Of a stretch of 64,000 nucleotides of DNA, positions 11,503 to 24,034 are shown one piece after another. The translations under genes were made by a program, and so were the position numbers. The notes below the pieces were generated by a model, which was not told the origin of the DNA, did no database searches, and saw only the letters and a program-made list of their open reading frames with translations. Origin of the DNA: Octopus vulgaris (lineage: Eukaryota); the NCBI GenBank assembly GCA_951406725.2, contig OX597817.1, forward strand, positions 175,894,001-175,958,000, written 5' to 3'. Numbering within the stretch: position 1 is the first letter of the stretch; each line of letters starts with the position of its first letter.

Positions 11503-14500
11503 AGAAATAACTTTGACAGGTCCGGCCCGTATAGGCCCAGGCTATGTCTAACTCAATAGCACCACCTAGTCTTTGGGGCATCATAGCCAAATCTAGCAAA
11601 GAGTTATTATTGTTGGAGACATATCCGGGTGTAGGAGGTTGGTCCGGGATGTTTTGAAGAAATTTGTCCAGTGAACATTTGAATTTTATGGGATCCGTTT
11701 CTGTTTTGACATATTTTGGTATGGTATTAAAGAGAGCTGGACCGGTTGAGGTAAAGTAATTGTGACGTAATGTTGCTGTATACCGAGTTCCATTTTTGCA
11801 ATGGGCGGATAGCACGTGGGCCAAGTCTTGGATGGATTTTAAAATTGATGCCAACATCATTTGTGCAATATTGATGGAATATTTTCCACATAACAGAAAT
11901 GATGTAGCGCTCCCGGCAGCGTTGGAGAGAATAGACATTGAGATTTTTTAGTCGACCCAAATAATCAATGCCTCTCATGTCATCTATCTTTCTTGTTATG
12001 GACCTCTGGAGTGCCTCTACTTTCATAATGAGTTGCTTCGTATAGGGGGACCACAGTGAGCATCAGTACTCAAGGTGGGGCCGCCGGGCAAAAGTAGAGT
12101 AGAGAAGGATGATGGTGTAGGCATCTCTAGACCGGAAAGTTCTCAGAATCCAGGAGCACATCTTGCGGCCAAGTCAACCTTGCTATTTACCTGGGAACTC
12201 CAGCTTAGATTATTATCAACAATTACTCTGAGATCTCTGGTGTTGTTGGATGACATTAGGGAGTCGACCGAGGGAAGAGCATATGGTAGATTCAGAGGTT
12301 CCTCTTTCCCAATGTGGATCAAATCAAACTTATCTTCATTTAGAAATATATTGTTTTTTCCGCCTATTGGACAAACAGATCTGACTGAAGGCATGTTCGG
12401 TTTCTAATGCCATTTGTGGCTTTCTGGAGTTTGGAATCATCAGCAAAGATTTTCAATGTAGAATGTTTGATGACATCTACTATGTCATTGATGTAAATAA
12501 CGAAGAGGAGTGGGCCCAACACAACACCTTGTGGGACACCACTACTGACTTTGGATGAGTTGGATCGTATTCCCTCAAACACAGCATGTTGGGTTATGTT
12601 TGTCAGGAAACAATTTATCCACTGTAGCAGCTTTCCACGGACTCCAGTGTTGGACAGCTTCTTCAGCAGGATTTTGTGATCTGCTCTGTGAAATGCCTTG
12701 CTGAAATCACGGTATATGACGTTAGTGTTAGAGCCCTCTCCCAACGCTTTTAAGATGTCATCAAAATGGCGCAGAAGCTGCGACAGGCAATCTCTGCCAT
12801 CATGGAATCTATGCTGGTTGGGGTTCAGCAGATTGTTGTCTTCGAGGAATTGAGTTATTTGCGATCTCATTACCCTCTCAAATACTTTAATAATATGAGA
12901 AGCGAGTGAAATCGGACGGTAGTTCACAGGAAGAGATTTGCTTCCCTATTTGAAGACTGGAACGACAGACTGAGAAAGAAAAGGATCAGGAATGTAGCCT
13001 GCATCAAGTGAGTTTCTCCAGAGCTCAGCTAGAGGGAGTGCAATTTAATATCGACACATCTTCACGGCAGTGACTGGGAACTTATCGGGACCTACTGCCG
13101 AGTTGTGCCTGATCTTATCTATTTCTCTTAGGTTATAAGGACCACCAAAAGTTAAATCAGATATGGTTAGTTGGGGGTTTACGTCACTGATACTAGCCAG
13201 ATCAACCGCATTAGGGTTACTGAAGAGAGAGCAGTATTGTCTCTGCAGTATCTCGCACATGGATTTTGCATCATCATATAGAGTGTTGTTCTCATCAACC
13301 AGAAGAACAACAGTAGAAACAACATCTTTATATTTTTTTGCAAATAAAAAGAACATTTTGGGATTGAGCTTTACTTTCTCAATGACTCTCCTCGGCTGCT
13401 ATTTCACTCTTTAGGATGGTCATCAGGCTTTTTTGGAGGTCGTGTTTTTTCGATTCGAGTGATGCAATGACAGTCGCATGGGTGCGTTGCTACTGGCAGT
13501 ATTTAAGTTGGTTGATTATCTTGTTAATTCTTTTTATTTTTCTTATAATTGCTCTTCTATTTCTAGGGATTCTGCACTTTGATTTGTATACTGATCTTAA
13601 TAGAGTATGTTTTGCGCATATATCTGTCACAGTATCTACAAATGTCTGCCGTGATGTGTTTATGTTGGAGAGGGTGTGTGCATGCATGAAGGTCCAATCA
13701 AATTGTGAAAGATCATGATTGATCGCATCCCAGTCAGCGTTATGAAAATCCATAGTGTCAAATGGATGGACTGGAGAGATGTCACTGGATCTGATCTTTT
13801 GGTGGTAGAATCTCAGATCACAGAGAATCATGTCATGGTCTGAGAGTAGTGGTGTTTTTTCCACTGCAATATTGAGGATAATGTCAGTGTGGTTACTGAA
13901 CACTACGTCCAAAGTATTTTTGTGACACCTTGTTGGTTCACGAACTAGTTGGGTTAGGAAAAACTCATCCATGGAAATCAGTTCGATTGCTTCGTTATCA
14001 GGGGTTGAGGCGGAAAAACCTGGTTTCAAGCTGTTTGTGGACCAATCAACACTGGAAAGGTTGAAGTCCCCCATCATTAATATGCTGTCAGCATGATACT
14101 GATGGATGAAACACTTAATACTGCTGAGGCATTCCTTGAAGCATAGAAAGGGAGTTAGGGGTGGCCTATAGAGCCCAACTACTATTAACTTGTTGGTTTT
14201 ACTAAATACAGAAGCTGTTTCGCAGTGGCCGTTGGTAAATACGTCCCTTGCTTCAGCCGAAAACTAATTGTGCACGAAAATGGCGGTCCCACCCATTCTT
14301 CTCCGACACGATATGCACGGATGGCTGAAAAATTGTTCACTCTCACTTCCGCTTCCAAGTGGAGGTTACTGAGATGGGTCTCTGTGAGGATTTCCCTCAC
14401 GAAATGGCGTGTAATTTAGTAGTATGTATGGGGCCAACTTCCGCGTTCTTTTACAGGGCTCAGAAAAACTGGAGGATCGCTGCCACAAGTGTGTGAATCT

Positions 14501-14690
14501 GAGAGGGGAATACGTTGAATAAAATCATAATTAACTGATCTTCCTGTTTTTTCTTTTTCCCAAAGCCAGGAAATTTTCAGTACTGTGGCAAGAAAGTTAC
14601 ACACCGATGCCCAACACTCCGTATTCTTTTACAGGGATTAGAAAAACTGAAGAACTGCTGCCACAAGTGTGTGAATCTGAATAAGTAGAT
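11503..14690 (-). mobile_element. CR1/L2-group LINE: decayed ORF2 (APE endonuclease + RT) and 3' end
   Basis: APE motifs LTETHL, MGDFNL, PTR..NTLDVVF, SDH; RT motifs GPD, NYRPISL, DFSKAF, SGVPQGVVLGPLLFVIYINDI, FADDSKL; C-terminal LQRSITRKI..YSLQRCRERY; many stops and frameshifts. A 55-bp duplication (14450-14502, 14626-14680) lies near the 5' end. Confidence 0.92.
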
Positions 14691-14779
14691 GAAAAATAAA
14701 TTTAAATAAAACAGTGGCAAAAAAATTCCGCACAAGTACTGATATTAAATTAGACTTCGTTCAAAATTGATATTATCCA

Positions 14780-15300
14780 TAATGTAATCTGTAATGGGCA
14801 ATCTGTAATCTGTAACGTTTAGTATCATGTGTAATGTGTAGTGTTGTGTAATGTGTTATGGGCAATGAGTAATGTCTAATGTTTAATGTAATGGGTAATG
14901 CGTAATTTGTAATGGGTAATGTGTAGTGTAATACGTAATGAGTAAACTGTAGTGTAGTATAATGGGTAATGTGTAATGCGTAATGTGTAATGTGTAGTGT
15001 AAAGGATAATGTGTAATGGGTAATGAATAATGCGTAATGTATAATGTTTAGTGTAATGTATAATGGGTAATGTGTAGAGTAGCAGTGTAATGGGTAATAT
15101 GTAATGAGTAATCTGTAATGTGTAGTGTAATGAGTAATGTGTAATGGGTAAGGTGTAATGTGTAATGTAGTAGGTAATGTATAATGAGTAATTTGTAGTG
15201 TAATGTGTAATGCGTAGTGTAATGGGTAATGTGCAATATGTAGAGAAGTGTAACGTATAATTTGTATTATGTGTAGCGTGTACTGTGTAGTGTTGTGTTA
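14780..15300. repeat. Degenerate GTAAT/TAATGTG-based low-complexity tandem repeat
   Basis: Repeated GTAATGTGTA/GTAATGGGTA/GTAGT units; plus strand almost lacks C. Confidence 0.85.
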
Positions 15301-15889
15301 TGTGTTCTTGTTATCTTCCAGAAAATTATTGATATAAAAGACATTTCAAGAAGGAACAAGGGAAAATAAAATGCTGAACATTCAAAGAAAGTGGAGGGGA
15401 AAAAACTAGGAAACTGGAAAATAAAAAATAAATAAGTAAAGAAATAAAACTGTCGACTGCATCGGTCTTCTGATATCCGTCCATGAATTGCTTTCATAGA
15501 AGAATCGATAGTATCAGACAAAATACTGATATTTAGTTATGTATTTTGTTTTTCTTTACGTTTTGAGCCAAAATCTCACCTAGATCGAATTTGCCTTTCT
15601 TTCTTCTGGATTGAAGAAAATAATATCCCAGTCATATACTGGAATCGATTTAATCGACTGCTTCTTACTCCGAACTAAAACAGCCATCGACATCAGAAAT
15701 GCAGGTGAGATAGAATTCCGGAGGGTTAGAGTTCCAGGAGTGTGCGTTGCATAGCGGGGAATTGTTCAAGTCGGAATCTGAAAGATGAGATTCGTCAAAG
15801 TCCTCGACTGGATGAAATACGTGTTCATCATGTAGGCCCGCGAGGAGAGAGCATATATTTGCTAATATAGATAAGCAGACTAAAGTTGA

Positions 15890-16063
15890 GGGCTGGGAGA
15901 ATCGTTAAGCCGCCGAGCAAAATGCTTTTCTGAGTTCGAATTCCGAGGACGATTTTTCCTTTCATCCTTTCGGACTCGACAAATTATATGAGCATTGGGG
16001 TCGATATAATCGAATTAGCCCTTCTTTAAAATTGCTGATCAAGTTCTAAAATTTGAAACCAAT
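15890..16063 (+). mobile_element. Degenerate SINE family B
   Basis: GAATCGTTA..GAGTTCGAATTCC..CCTTTCATCCTTTCGG..GGGGTCGATATAATCG. Confidence 0.7.
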
Positions 16064-16129
16064 ATAGATAAGATGGCGAGACTCAAAAACAACAAAATCC
16101 GTCTGTGAGTAAGGGGTTGTCGTGTTTTG

Positions 16130-17050
16130 ATTACTGATTAATCAGACGGCTTGCTTTTGAATATCGTACGTGATATGTATTTGTGTGTAGTAACAGCACA
16201 TATCATATGAGCAGGACTCCAATGTGGTACTTGTTTGATCTTTCTAAATCAGCAACTTTCTTTTTTCTTCGGTAATGGGGTTTTTACAAAGGAAACTCAG
16301 GAGCTGTAATGCATGGAACGGCTTTGGGAGCTTTATTAGTGCAAGGTTCACGATTAAAGAGGGAAAGGTGCAATTTCATTGGTGTACGAGATGTTTGTGT
16401 TTTTATGTTCTTGAAAGGAACTAAGTTCTCGATTTACCACTGAAAGTCGTACTTCAGGCCTTTGAAGTCAGGTGTTTCTACGGCGTGGATTACACTTATG
16501 TACGTAGGGTTAAGGAGGGGATGTACTTTGCTAGAAGCGGCAGTAAGTCATTAATGCATAGAAGGAAGTGTGAGGAACTACAACTGACATTTGGAGTATA
16601 TCAGATCTGAGAATATAAGACTCGGAGAAACCAGCATTGCACATATAATCTCGAGGTTATGAAAGAGATGATTCATATAAATGTGTTTATCATATTCGAG
16701 ATACTGGAAATGAGAATGATAGCTGATGGCGTTAGAGAGGTTCCTCTTTTGTGGTAGGGAAACACCTAGTAACATCGTCCCAAATACTAGGACTGATTCT
16801 TAATGGGTATGTATGTGTGTGTGTGTGAGAGAGAGAGAGAGGGAGAGAGAGAGAGGGAAGCAGAGAGAGAGAGAGAGAGAGATTATAACCTTCGGCAAAG
16901 ATAGCAGCTAGCGATGGAACATAACGTGAGAGGGTAATGGAAGTGATAGCATCATCGGGACCGATCGCCTCGTTGCGTTGGCTTAGACAGCATAAATCAA
17001 GACTGGTAAGCCTATAATTCCAAGCTTTCCTTGCAGCAAAAATCGGATAC
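16130..17050 (-). pseudogene. Old, decayed CR1/Jockey-group LINE RT fragment split by a microsatellite (16808-16882)
   Basis: AIGPDDAITSITL..SLAAIFAEGYNL (pre-RT GPD motif), an LFL.INDL-like piece near 16545-16590, and TLESCSY and DIQKQAV*LI near 16140-16230. Confidence 0.55.
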
Positions 17051-17510
17051 ATTCATAGTCAGTTTGTTTGTCGTTGTGTATCATGGATTAATTAAATGAT
17101 GTCTAGGATTAACTGTTAGTCATTGCAAGAGACGGATATAAATATTGCCACCTTATCTGTACTCCCTCTCTCTCCCCTCCTTCCCTATCTCTCTCTCCCT
17201 CAATAATTCACTCACTCTTTCTAGTTCATGTCGTTAAATAAGATATTTTTATTTGCGCTGGTGACAAATAGCCGGCTTTGAATGAGTGATTTCGTGAATT
17301 GTGAGTGGAGTACTTGCGTCATTGCTGAATTCGCTCCCAAATCCGTTGCTAGGAAAGTAGATATTACATATATTACATATAGTAATAATGATAATAATCT
17401 ATATTACATAGAGACTGGTCTGAAATATTACAATTACAGCAGAGAATAGAAAAAATATTTTCGTTCTGCTTTAAAATAGCTTCTAAACATTCTCAATATT
17501 ATCCCACTAT

Positions 17511-17971
17511 GTAATTATAACTCTTCCCTATTTGAAGTCCTTGACAACAGTCTTGCAGATTGCTTTTGACAGATTGCTTTATATGGATGTTACTTAGGCG
17601 CAGGCGTAGCCTAGTGGTTAAGGGGTTCGATTCTTTTGAGTGGCATCTTGAGAGAGTATTTTTTTTTTTCACTTTCGCTTCGGATCGATCCAAACCCAAC
17701 GAGTATAAAAAGGGTTGAAGGAAACTGTTTTGGAAGTTGTTCCTGTAATTCAGACGTTCAGCCCAGTCAATAATACATAAGATACTCTAACAAACTTTTA
17801 CGAAGCGAAAGTGAAAAACAAAATACTCTCTCAAGATGCCACTCAAAAGAATCGAACCCCTTAACCACTAGGCTACGCTTGCGCCTAAGTAACATCCATA
17901 TAAAACAATCTGTCCAAAACAATCTGCAAGACTGTTGTCAAGGACTTCAAATAGGGAAGAGTTATAATTAC
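17511..17971. repeat. Inverted duplication (171-bp arms) with a templated 33-bp insert, inside an old family C SINE (17597-18120)
   Basis: 17511-17682 versus 17801-17971 as reverse complement; 17767-17799 is identical to 18470-18502. Confidence 0.9.
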
Positions 17972-18259
17972 GATGTATCATGATCTGATTTTACCTGGGA
18001 ATTATGAGAGGAATATAGAGCATGTGGAATACTCAGCTACTAACGTATTAATTTAAGGAGTAAATAGTTATGTTGATCAAAGAACCGAAAAACTCATCAA
18101 TGAAACCGATGGAGAACCCATCTTCATGCATGCATTTATATAATAGGCTCCCTATTTACGATATATAGATGGTGGACTTCCGCCGTTTTATAAGACAGAA
18201 GGTTATCATTTCAGGAGAATTTGGCAGCTAGGAATAGCAGTTCGATCGACCGCGCAGAG

Positions 18260-19025
18260 TAGTGATTCTCAACCGGGGTCCATACGACCCTTGGAGATCC
18301 ATACAAGAGTTTGTTGTGAAAAATTGGTTGTACTTCCAAGAGACAAAATATTTTAACAATTTTTTTTAATGCAATTTTTAATATTGATTTGTAAAATAAG
18401 TAATAGGACCATTGGGTGCTCATGTAAGATTTTGCTGTTAAAATTTATGCGCGGTAAATTGGTTATACTTCAATAATACATAAGATACTCTAACAAACTT
18501 TTTTCATACAATTCCTAATAATATCTAATTATAAAAATATCATTTTAATTTTCACTTGTTTCAGTCATTCGACTGCGGTCATGCTGGGGCACCGCCTTGA
18601 ATAATCTTTAGTCGATTAAATTCACTCCAGTACTTATTTTATTTAAAATTTTTTTTTTTTGCTAAGCCTGGTATTTATCCTACGGGGTCTGTTTTGCGGA
18701 ACCGTTAAGTTATGGGAACGTAAACACACCAGCACCGGCTGTGAAGTGGTGGGAAGTGGGACAAAGATACACACAAAGACGCGCGCGCGCACACAGCTAT
18801 ATTTATGACAGTCTTTTTTCAGTTTCCGTCAACTCATAAGTCTTTAGTCGTCCCGAGGCTATAGTGGAAGACACCCAAGTTGTTTCACAGTGAAACTGAA
18901 CCTAGAACCATGTGATTGGGAAGCAGGCTTCTCACAGCCACACCATGGGATGGCTATGGGGGTCCACCTGATTAAATAGGAATCAAAGTGGTCCATAGGT
19001 AAACAGAAATAGTTGAGAACCACTG
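18260..19025. mobile_element. hAT (Charlie-like) MITE interrupted by a family A SINE at 18550-18948(-)
   Basis: TIRs TAGTGATTCTCAAC / GTTGAGAACCACTG with subterminal GGGGTCC repeats; no TSD recognisable. Confidence 0.7.
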
Positions 19026-19916
19026 TTATAAGAGAATATGAAGAAAAGAATTGGTGTGAGTTAGTTGTCAAGCGCAGGCAGTCTGAGTCACATACACATT
19101 AAAGATGATTAGGCGCGATATAATACCATAAAGGAAACATTTTATCGTCACTAATTGCACTGAGGGTGCCGAAGCACCTATATTGCAAGTCCAGAGAGTT
19201 AAGAACTCATAATGCTGTAAGAAGCGCACAATATATACACTGAGAGGGGAGATAACCGCCCCATGAGCGTCTCTAAGATTCACTAGACTAGACTAGTTTC
19301 TCCTATCAGTCGTAGGATCTTTAGCAGTGACTGCTCAAATGCTCGATGGTTTGGCTAAACCCGGCTGTCAGTAAATATATTTTTACTGTAGATATTAATG
19401 GCTGATTTAGCGAAATGCTTATGCGTATATCAAAAATTTATATATTACAGCATTAAGAGTTTTTAACTCTTATTTCTTGCAATATAGGTGATCCAGCACC
19501 CTCCAGCCTCAGTTAGTGACTTACTGTATTTTGCAGTAAGCAAATTAAAAAGCTTAAAAGCTAGTTATATTTAATATAGCTGAAAGGCCTGACTTAAGGA
19601 TTGTCTGGATGAAAAGAGATTTGTTCCCTATTGTTTCATAGTTAGTACTTATTGTATGTAAATATGTTGTCAGATAGACAATAGAAGGGTTGACAAAGAT
19701 GTGCCATTGTTTGGCTGTGGTTAGGGCATCGGTTGACCTTAATTCGCCTCTGTAATACACTCTCCACAGCTCATACATGCATACATACATACATGCATAC
19801 ATACATACATACATACATACATACGCACACAACGATAGATATAGAAACACTAATCCATACGAATACGTATATATGTGGTGTATATCTATGTATCTGTATC
19901 TGTCTATGTATATACA

Positions 19917-19978
<62 letters not shown>

Positions 19979-20140
19979 TAGATATAGATATAAATAGCTA
20001 GATAGATAGAGAGGAAGCGATAGATAGATAGATAGAGAGAGATAGATAGGTAGATAGATAGATAGATAGATAGACTTAGAAAATTTGCTACATGCGAATA
20101 CGTACATGTATGGTGTATATCTATCTATATCTGCCTATTC

Positions 20141-20206
<66 letters not shown>

Positions 20207-20396
20207 GTATACATACATATATATATATATATATATATTGATGTGGGCATTTTTCCCTTGTTAACAATTTTAGCAATTAACACGGATAAAAATATATAAA
20301 TAGTTACCAGGGTAGCAAAAAAATCACACAAGTAAAAAGGTTGTAACTCCTTGTTTTAAAGGTAGAAACTTTGGGTTTATGTGAAATATATATAAA

Positions 20397-20439
<43 letters not shown>

Positions 20440-20625
20440 TAAGTAATTAAGGGTTTAGCAACGAAGTGCCTCACCAACACACCGAATTTAGAAATAGCAG
20501 TCAAAGAGATATAGCTATTCCTTCTACTAAAAGGGGGATCTCTCGAATGGGGCTTTTACACGCCGAAATCTACTTGGTGTAATTGATAATTATTCCAAAT
20601 TAATTAATTTCACCCTTTATTATTA

Positions 20626-20699
<74 letters not shown>

Positions 20700-20756
20700 A
20701 TTTAAGCAATAAAAAATCTCAGAACGAGGTATAAACAGCAGCTGCACGACAATTTG

Positions 20757-20908
20757 AAGTATATTTGCCACTTAAATGTAGCTAACCACTATATGCCCTG
20801 GGCACAGAAAGTGTGTCAATAGCCAGCTGGAGATGTTCTCCTGGGGCTACAAGCTACAGTAGCATCCACCCTTAGTGGTTGCTACATTTAAGTGGCAAAT
20901 ATACTTCA
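20757..20908. mobile_element. Short inverted pair of the same pLTR-like family as 2023-2390
   Basis: GGGCACAGAAAGTGTGTC..TAGCCAGCTGGAG..ACAGTAGCATCCACCCTTAG shared with 2277-2355; 36-bp terminal inverted arms. Confidence 0.75.
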
Positions 20909-20934
20909 CATATATTGAATTTTGTATCTATATG

Positions 20935-21137
20935 TTGATTCGTTAGCTACTGCACGCATTTTTTTTCTCTCCTTCTTTCTGTGTTTTTTTTCTCTCTGTG
21001 TATCTTTCTGTTGAAGAGCGTAGGCTCGAAACGTTAAAGACTTGTTTTATTTATATTTCCTGAGCGCCATACTAATACAATTGTTCGTTTGTTTTCCACC
21101 TGCCTTCGTCTTTTGTCTATTTTCATAAAGCTTCCCG

Positions 21138-21140
<3 letters not shown>
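20935..21140 (+). mobile_element. HHR-bearing short element (probable PLE 3' end), CUGUUGA subfamily, ending in (TA)n
   Basis: UCUUU-CUGUUGA-A-GAGC-GUAG-GCUC-GAAA-CG-UU-AAAGA at 21003-21040; highly similar to 25835-26042. Confidence 0.75.
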
Positions 21141-21181
<41 letters not shown>

Positions 21182-21184
<3 letters not shown>

Positions 21185-22653
21185 AAATAAATATAAGAGA
21201 GTGGTCACTATATTGATCACTCTAGCACCAGTTAATCCAAAAGGTTTCAACCACGAAAATACATGTTTCCCATGAAAGCCAGTACGACTGTTAGCTCACA
21301 CGGACAGGGCAAATAAAAAATAACAAAAATACAGATTATTTTGGGACAATTGTTTCGCTATTAATGAATTAAATGTAATATTACTTACAATAATCCATTT
21401 GTAGCTCGTCAGCCAAGACTATCTGGATGAAATCCACTCAATCACACGCCAGATTTTACCATAACGATAAATACGCGTGTGGTTCAATTGATTACATCCG
21501 ACGTTATAATTCAAATGCCCCAACCAACAGCGCGCCAAACTCTCACGGAAAACAAATACAGCATTTAGAAATAAATGCAGCATAATTATAATTAATTAAT
21601 AAGGGTGAGAGAATTAGATACTAATTTAATAGTATATTTATTCCACACCAAGTGGCCTAGTGCTACGAGAAACCTGGATTATTATAATATTTTATAACAT
21701 ATTATAATATTTTCACAAAATAAATATAAGAGAGTGGTCACTATATTGATCACTCTAGCACCAGTTAATCCAAAAGGTTTCAACCACGAAAATACATGTT
21801 TCCCATGAAAGCCAGTACGACTGTTAGCTCACACGGACAGGGCAAATAAAAAATAACAAAAATACAGATTATTTTGGGACAATTGTTTCGCTATTAATGA
21901 ATTAAATGTAATATTACTTACAATAATCCATTTGTAGCTCGTCAGCCAAGACTATCTGGATGAAATCCACTCAATCACACGCCATTTATTTTGTGAAAAT
22001 ATTATAATATGTTATAAAATATTATAATAATCCAGGTTTCTCGTAGCACTAGGCCACTTGGTGTGGAATAAATATACTATTAAATTAGTATCTAATTCTC
22101 TCACCCTTATTAATTAATTATAATTATGCTGCATTTATTTCTAAATGCTGTATTTGTTTTCCGTGAGAGTTTGGCGCGCTGTTGGTTGGGGCATTTGAAT
22201 TATAACGTCGGATGTAATCAATTGAACCACACGCGTATTTATCGTTATGGTAAAATCTGGCGTGTGATTGAGTGGATTTCATCCAGATAGTCTTGGCTGA
22301 CGAGCTACAAATGGATTATTGTAAGTAATATTACATTTAATTCATTAATAGCGAAACAATTGTCCCAAAATAATCTGTATTTTTGTTATTTTTATTTGCC
22401 CTGTCCGTGTGAGCTAACAGTCGTACTGGCTTTCATGGGAAACATGTATTTTCGTGGTTGAAACCTTTTGGATTAACTGGTGCTAGAGTGATCAATATAG
22501 TGACCACTCTCTTATATTTATTTTGTGAAAATATTATAATATGTTATAAAATATTATAATAATCCAGGTTTCTCGTAGCACTAGGCCACTTGGTGTGGAA
22601 TAAATATACTATTAAATTAGTATCTAATTCTCTCACCCTTATTAATTAATTAT
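21182..22653. mobile_element. Retrozyme-like array: 533-bp non-coding HHR unit, 1.5 direct copies (21182-21984) then about 1.26 inverted copies (21984-22653), flanked by (TA)n
   Basis: Exact 533-bp period (21182/21715, 21248/21781); 532-bp period in the inverted part because of one A-run indel; three HHR cores; no listed ORF inside. Confidence 0.9.
22284..22377 (+). ncRNA. Type I hammerhead ribozyme (identical minus-strand copies with cores at 21406-21412 and 21939-21945)
   Basis: CAGAUAGUCUUGG-CUGACGA(22297-22303)-GCUA..extended hairpin..UAGC-GAAA(22353-22356)-CAAUUG-UC^-CCAAAAUAAUCUG; predicted cleavage after 22364. Confidence 0.88.
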
Positions 22654-22867
22654 ATATATATATATATATATATACATACACACAGTTGTGTTTGTGCTAA
22701 CAAGAAAAATAGAACTCAAAATATAGCTATACGTATATTTTTATTAATATTTAGCAGAAGTGACTGAAGGTCTGAGATTTTCGTTCATTGGCATTTGATA
22801 AGTGCCAACAGACGAAACTCGGACCTTGCGTCACTCTTACTTCTGCTAAATGTCAATATATATATAT

Positions 22868-23608
22868 AATAGTAACGAAGCTAAAGCACGCTGAGTAAAG
22901 ACTCTTGATAAAAATTAACCTTGAACTCTGCTGTGCACGAAGTTTTAACGTTCTAACCATCAGAAGCCTAAGCAAAGGAGCAGAAAGTGTATGGAGAGGA
23001 GTGTGTGAGCCGCATACAATTGTACGAGTGGTTCAGACGTTTCCAAGATGGCCGAAAAAATGTCGATAGAGATGAACATTCTGGGAGACCCGCAACCAGC
23101 ACAACTTAGACGAACATCGCAGATGTGCGTGCAGCCGTGAGGGGAAATCGTTGAATCATCATCCTTGAGTTATCAGAGGATGTGCAGATTAGTTACGGTT
23201 CAGTTCAGTCCCTTATCACGGAAGATTTGGGTATGAGACGCGTGTGCCAAAACTGCTTTCTGCTGATCAAAAAACCATTTGGTTTCAGTTGCACAAGATC
23301 TCTTCGATTGTATCGAGAACAATGAAAAAGTTTTTAAATTTTTGCGTAAGCCTCTGAGCAGTTTTGGCAAAATTTGATGCGAATTCTCTGCTCAACTTTC
23401 TCTGTCAAGGTCAATGCGACGATCACACGCTACACACCTTCCTTCCAAGCACTGCTGTAAACAGCAGAAGTGAGCTAGAACGTTAAAACTCAGTGCACAT
23501 GCAAAACAGGGTACATGGTCAATCTGTGCCCAGCAGCTTCACTCTGCGTACTTTAATTTTGTTACTATGGTAACAGTCCGGATACTTATTGATCAAACCA
23601 CTTATATA
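22868..23608. mobile_element. Internally deleted mariner element with long subterminal inverted repeats
   Basis: Plus-strand piece VYGEECVSRIQLYEWFRRFQDGRKNVDRDEHSGRP (mariner HTH); right TIR CCGGATACTTATTGATCAAACCACTTATA; inner IRs at about 22870-22960 and 23470-23570. Confidence 0.8.
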
Positions 23609-23615
23609 CAAATCA

Positions 23616-23681
<66 letters not shown>

Positions 23682-23693
23682 ATATATATATAA

Positions 23694-23728
<35 letters not shown>

Positions 23729-23744
23729 TACATATATATACGTG

Positions 23745-23791
<47 letters not shown>

Positions 23792-23792
<1 letters not shown>

Positions 23793-24034
23793 GGCGCAGG
23801 AGTGGCTGTGTGGTAAGTAGCTTGCTAACCAACCACATGATTCTGGGTTCAGTCCCACTGCGTGGCATCTTGGGCAAGTGTCTTCTGCTATAGCCCCGGG
23901 CCGACCAATGCCTTGTGAGTGGATTTGGTAGACGGGAACTGAAAAAAGCCTGTCGTATATATGTGGTACTATTAAGTTAGACATGGCCTGGGCCGATAAT
24001 GGCCGAAACCTATCAAAGTATCAAAGTATCAAAG

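Noticed and set aside
19030-19720. Possible decayed L1/Tx1 RT (GAVISPL, KAF-like pieces, minus strand)
   Set aside because: Too few recognisable motifs to support a call by eye.
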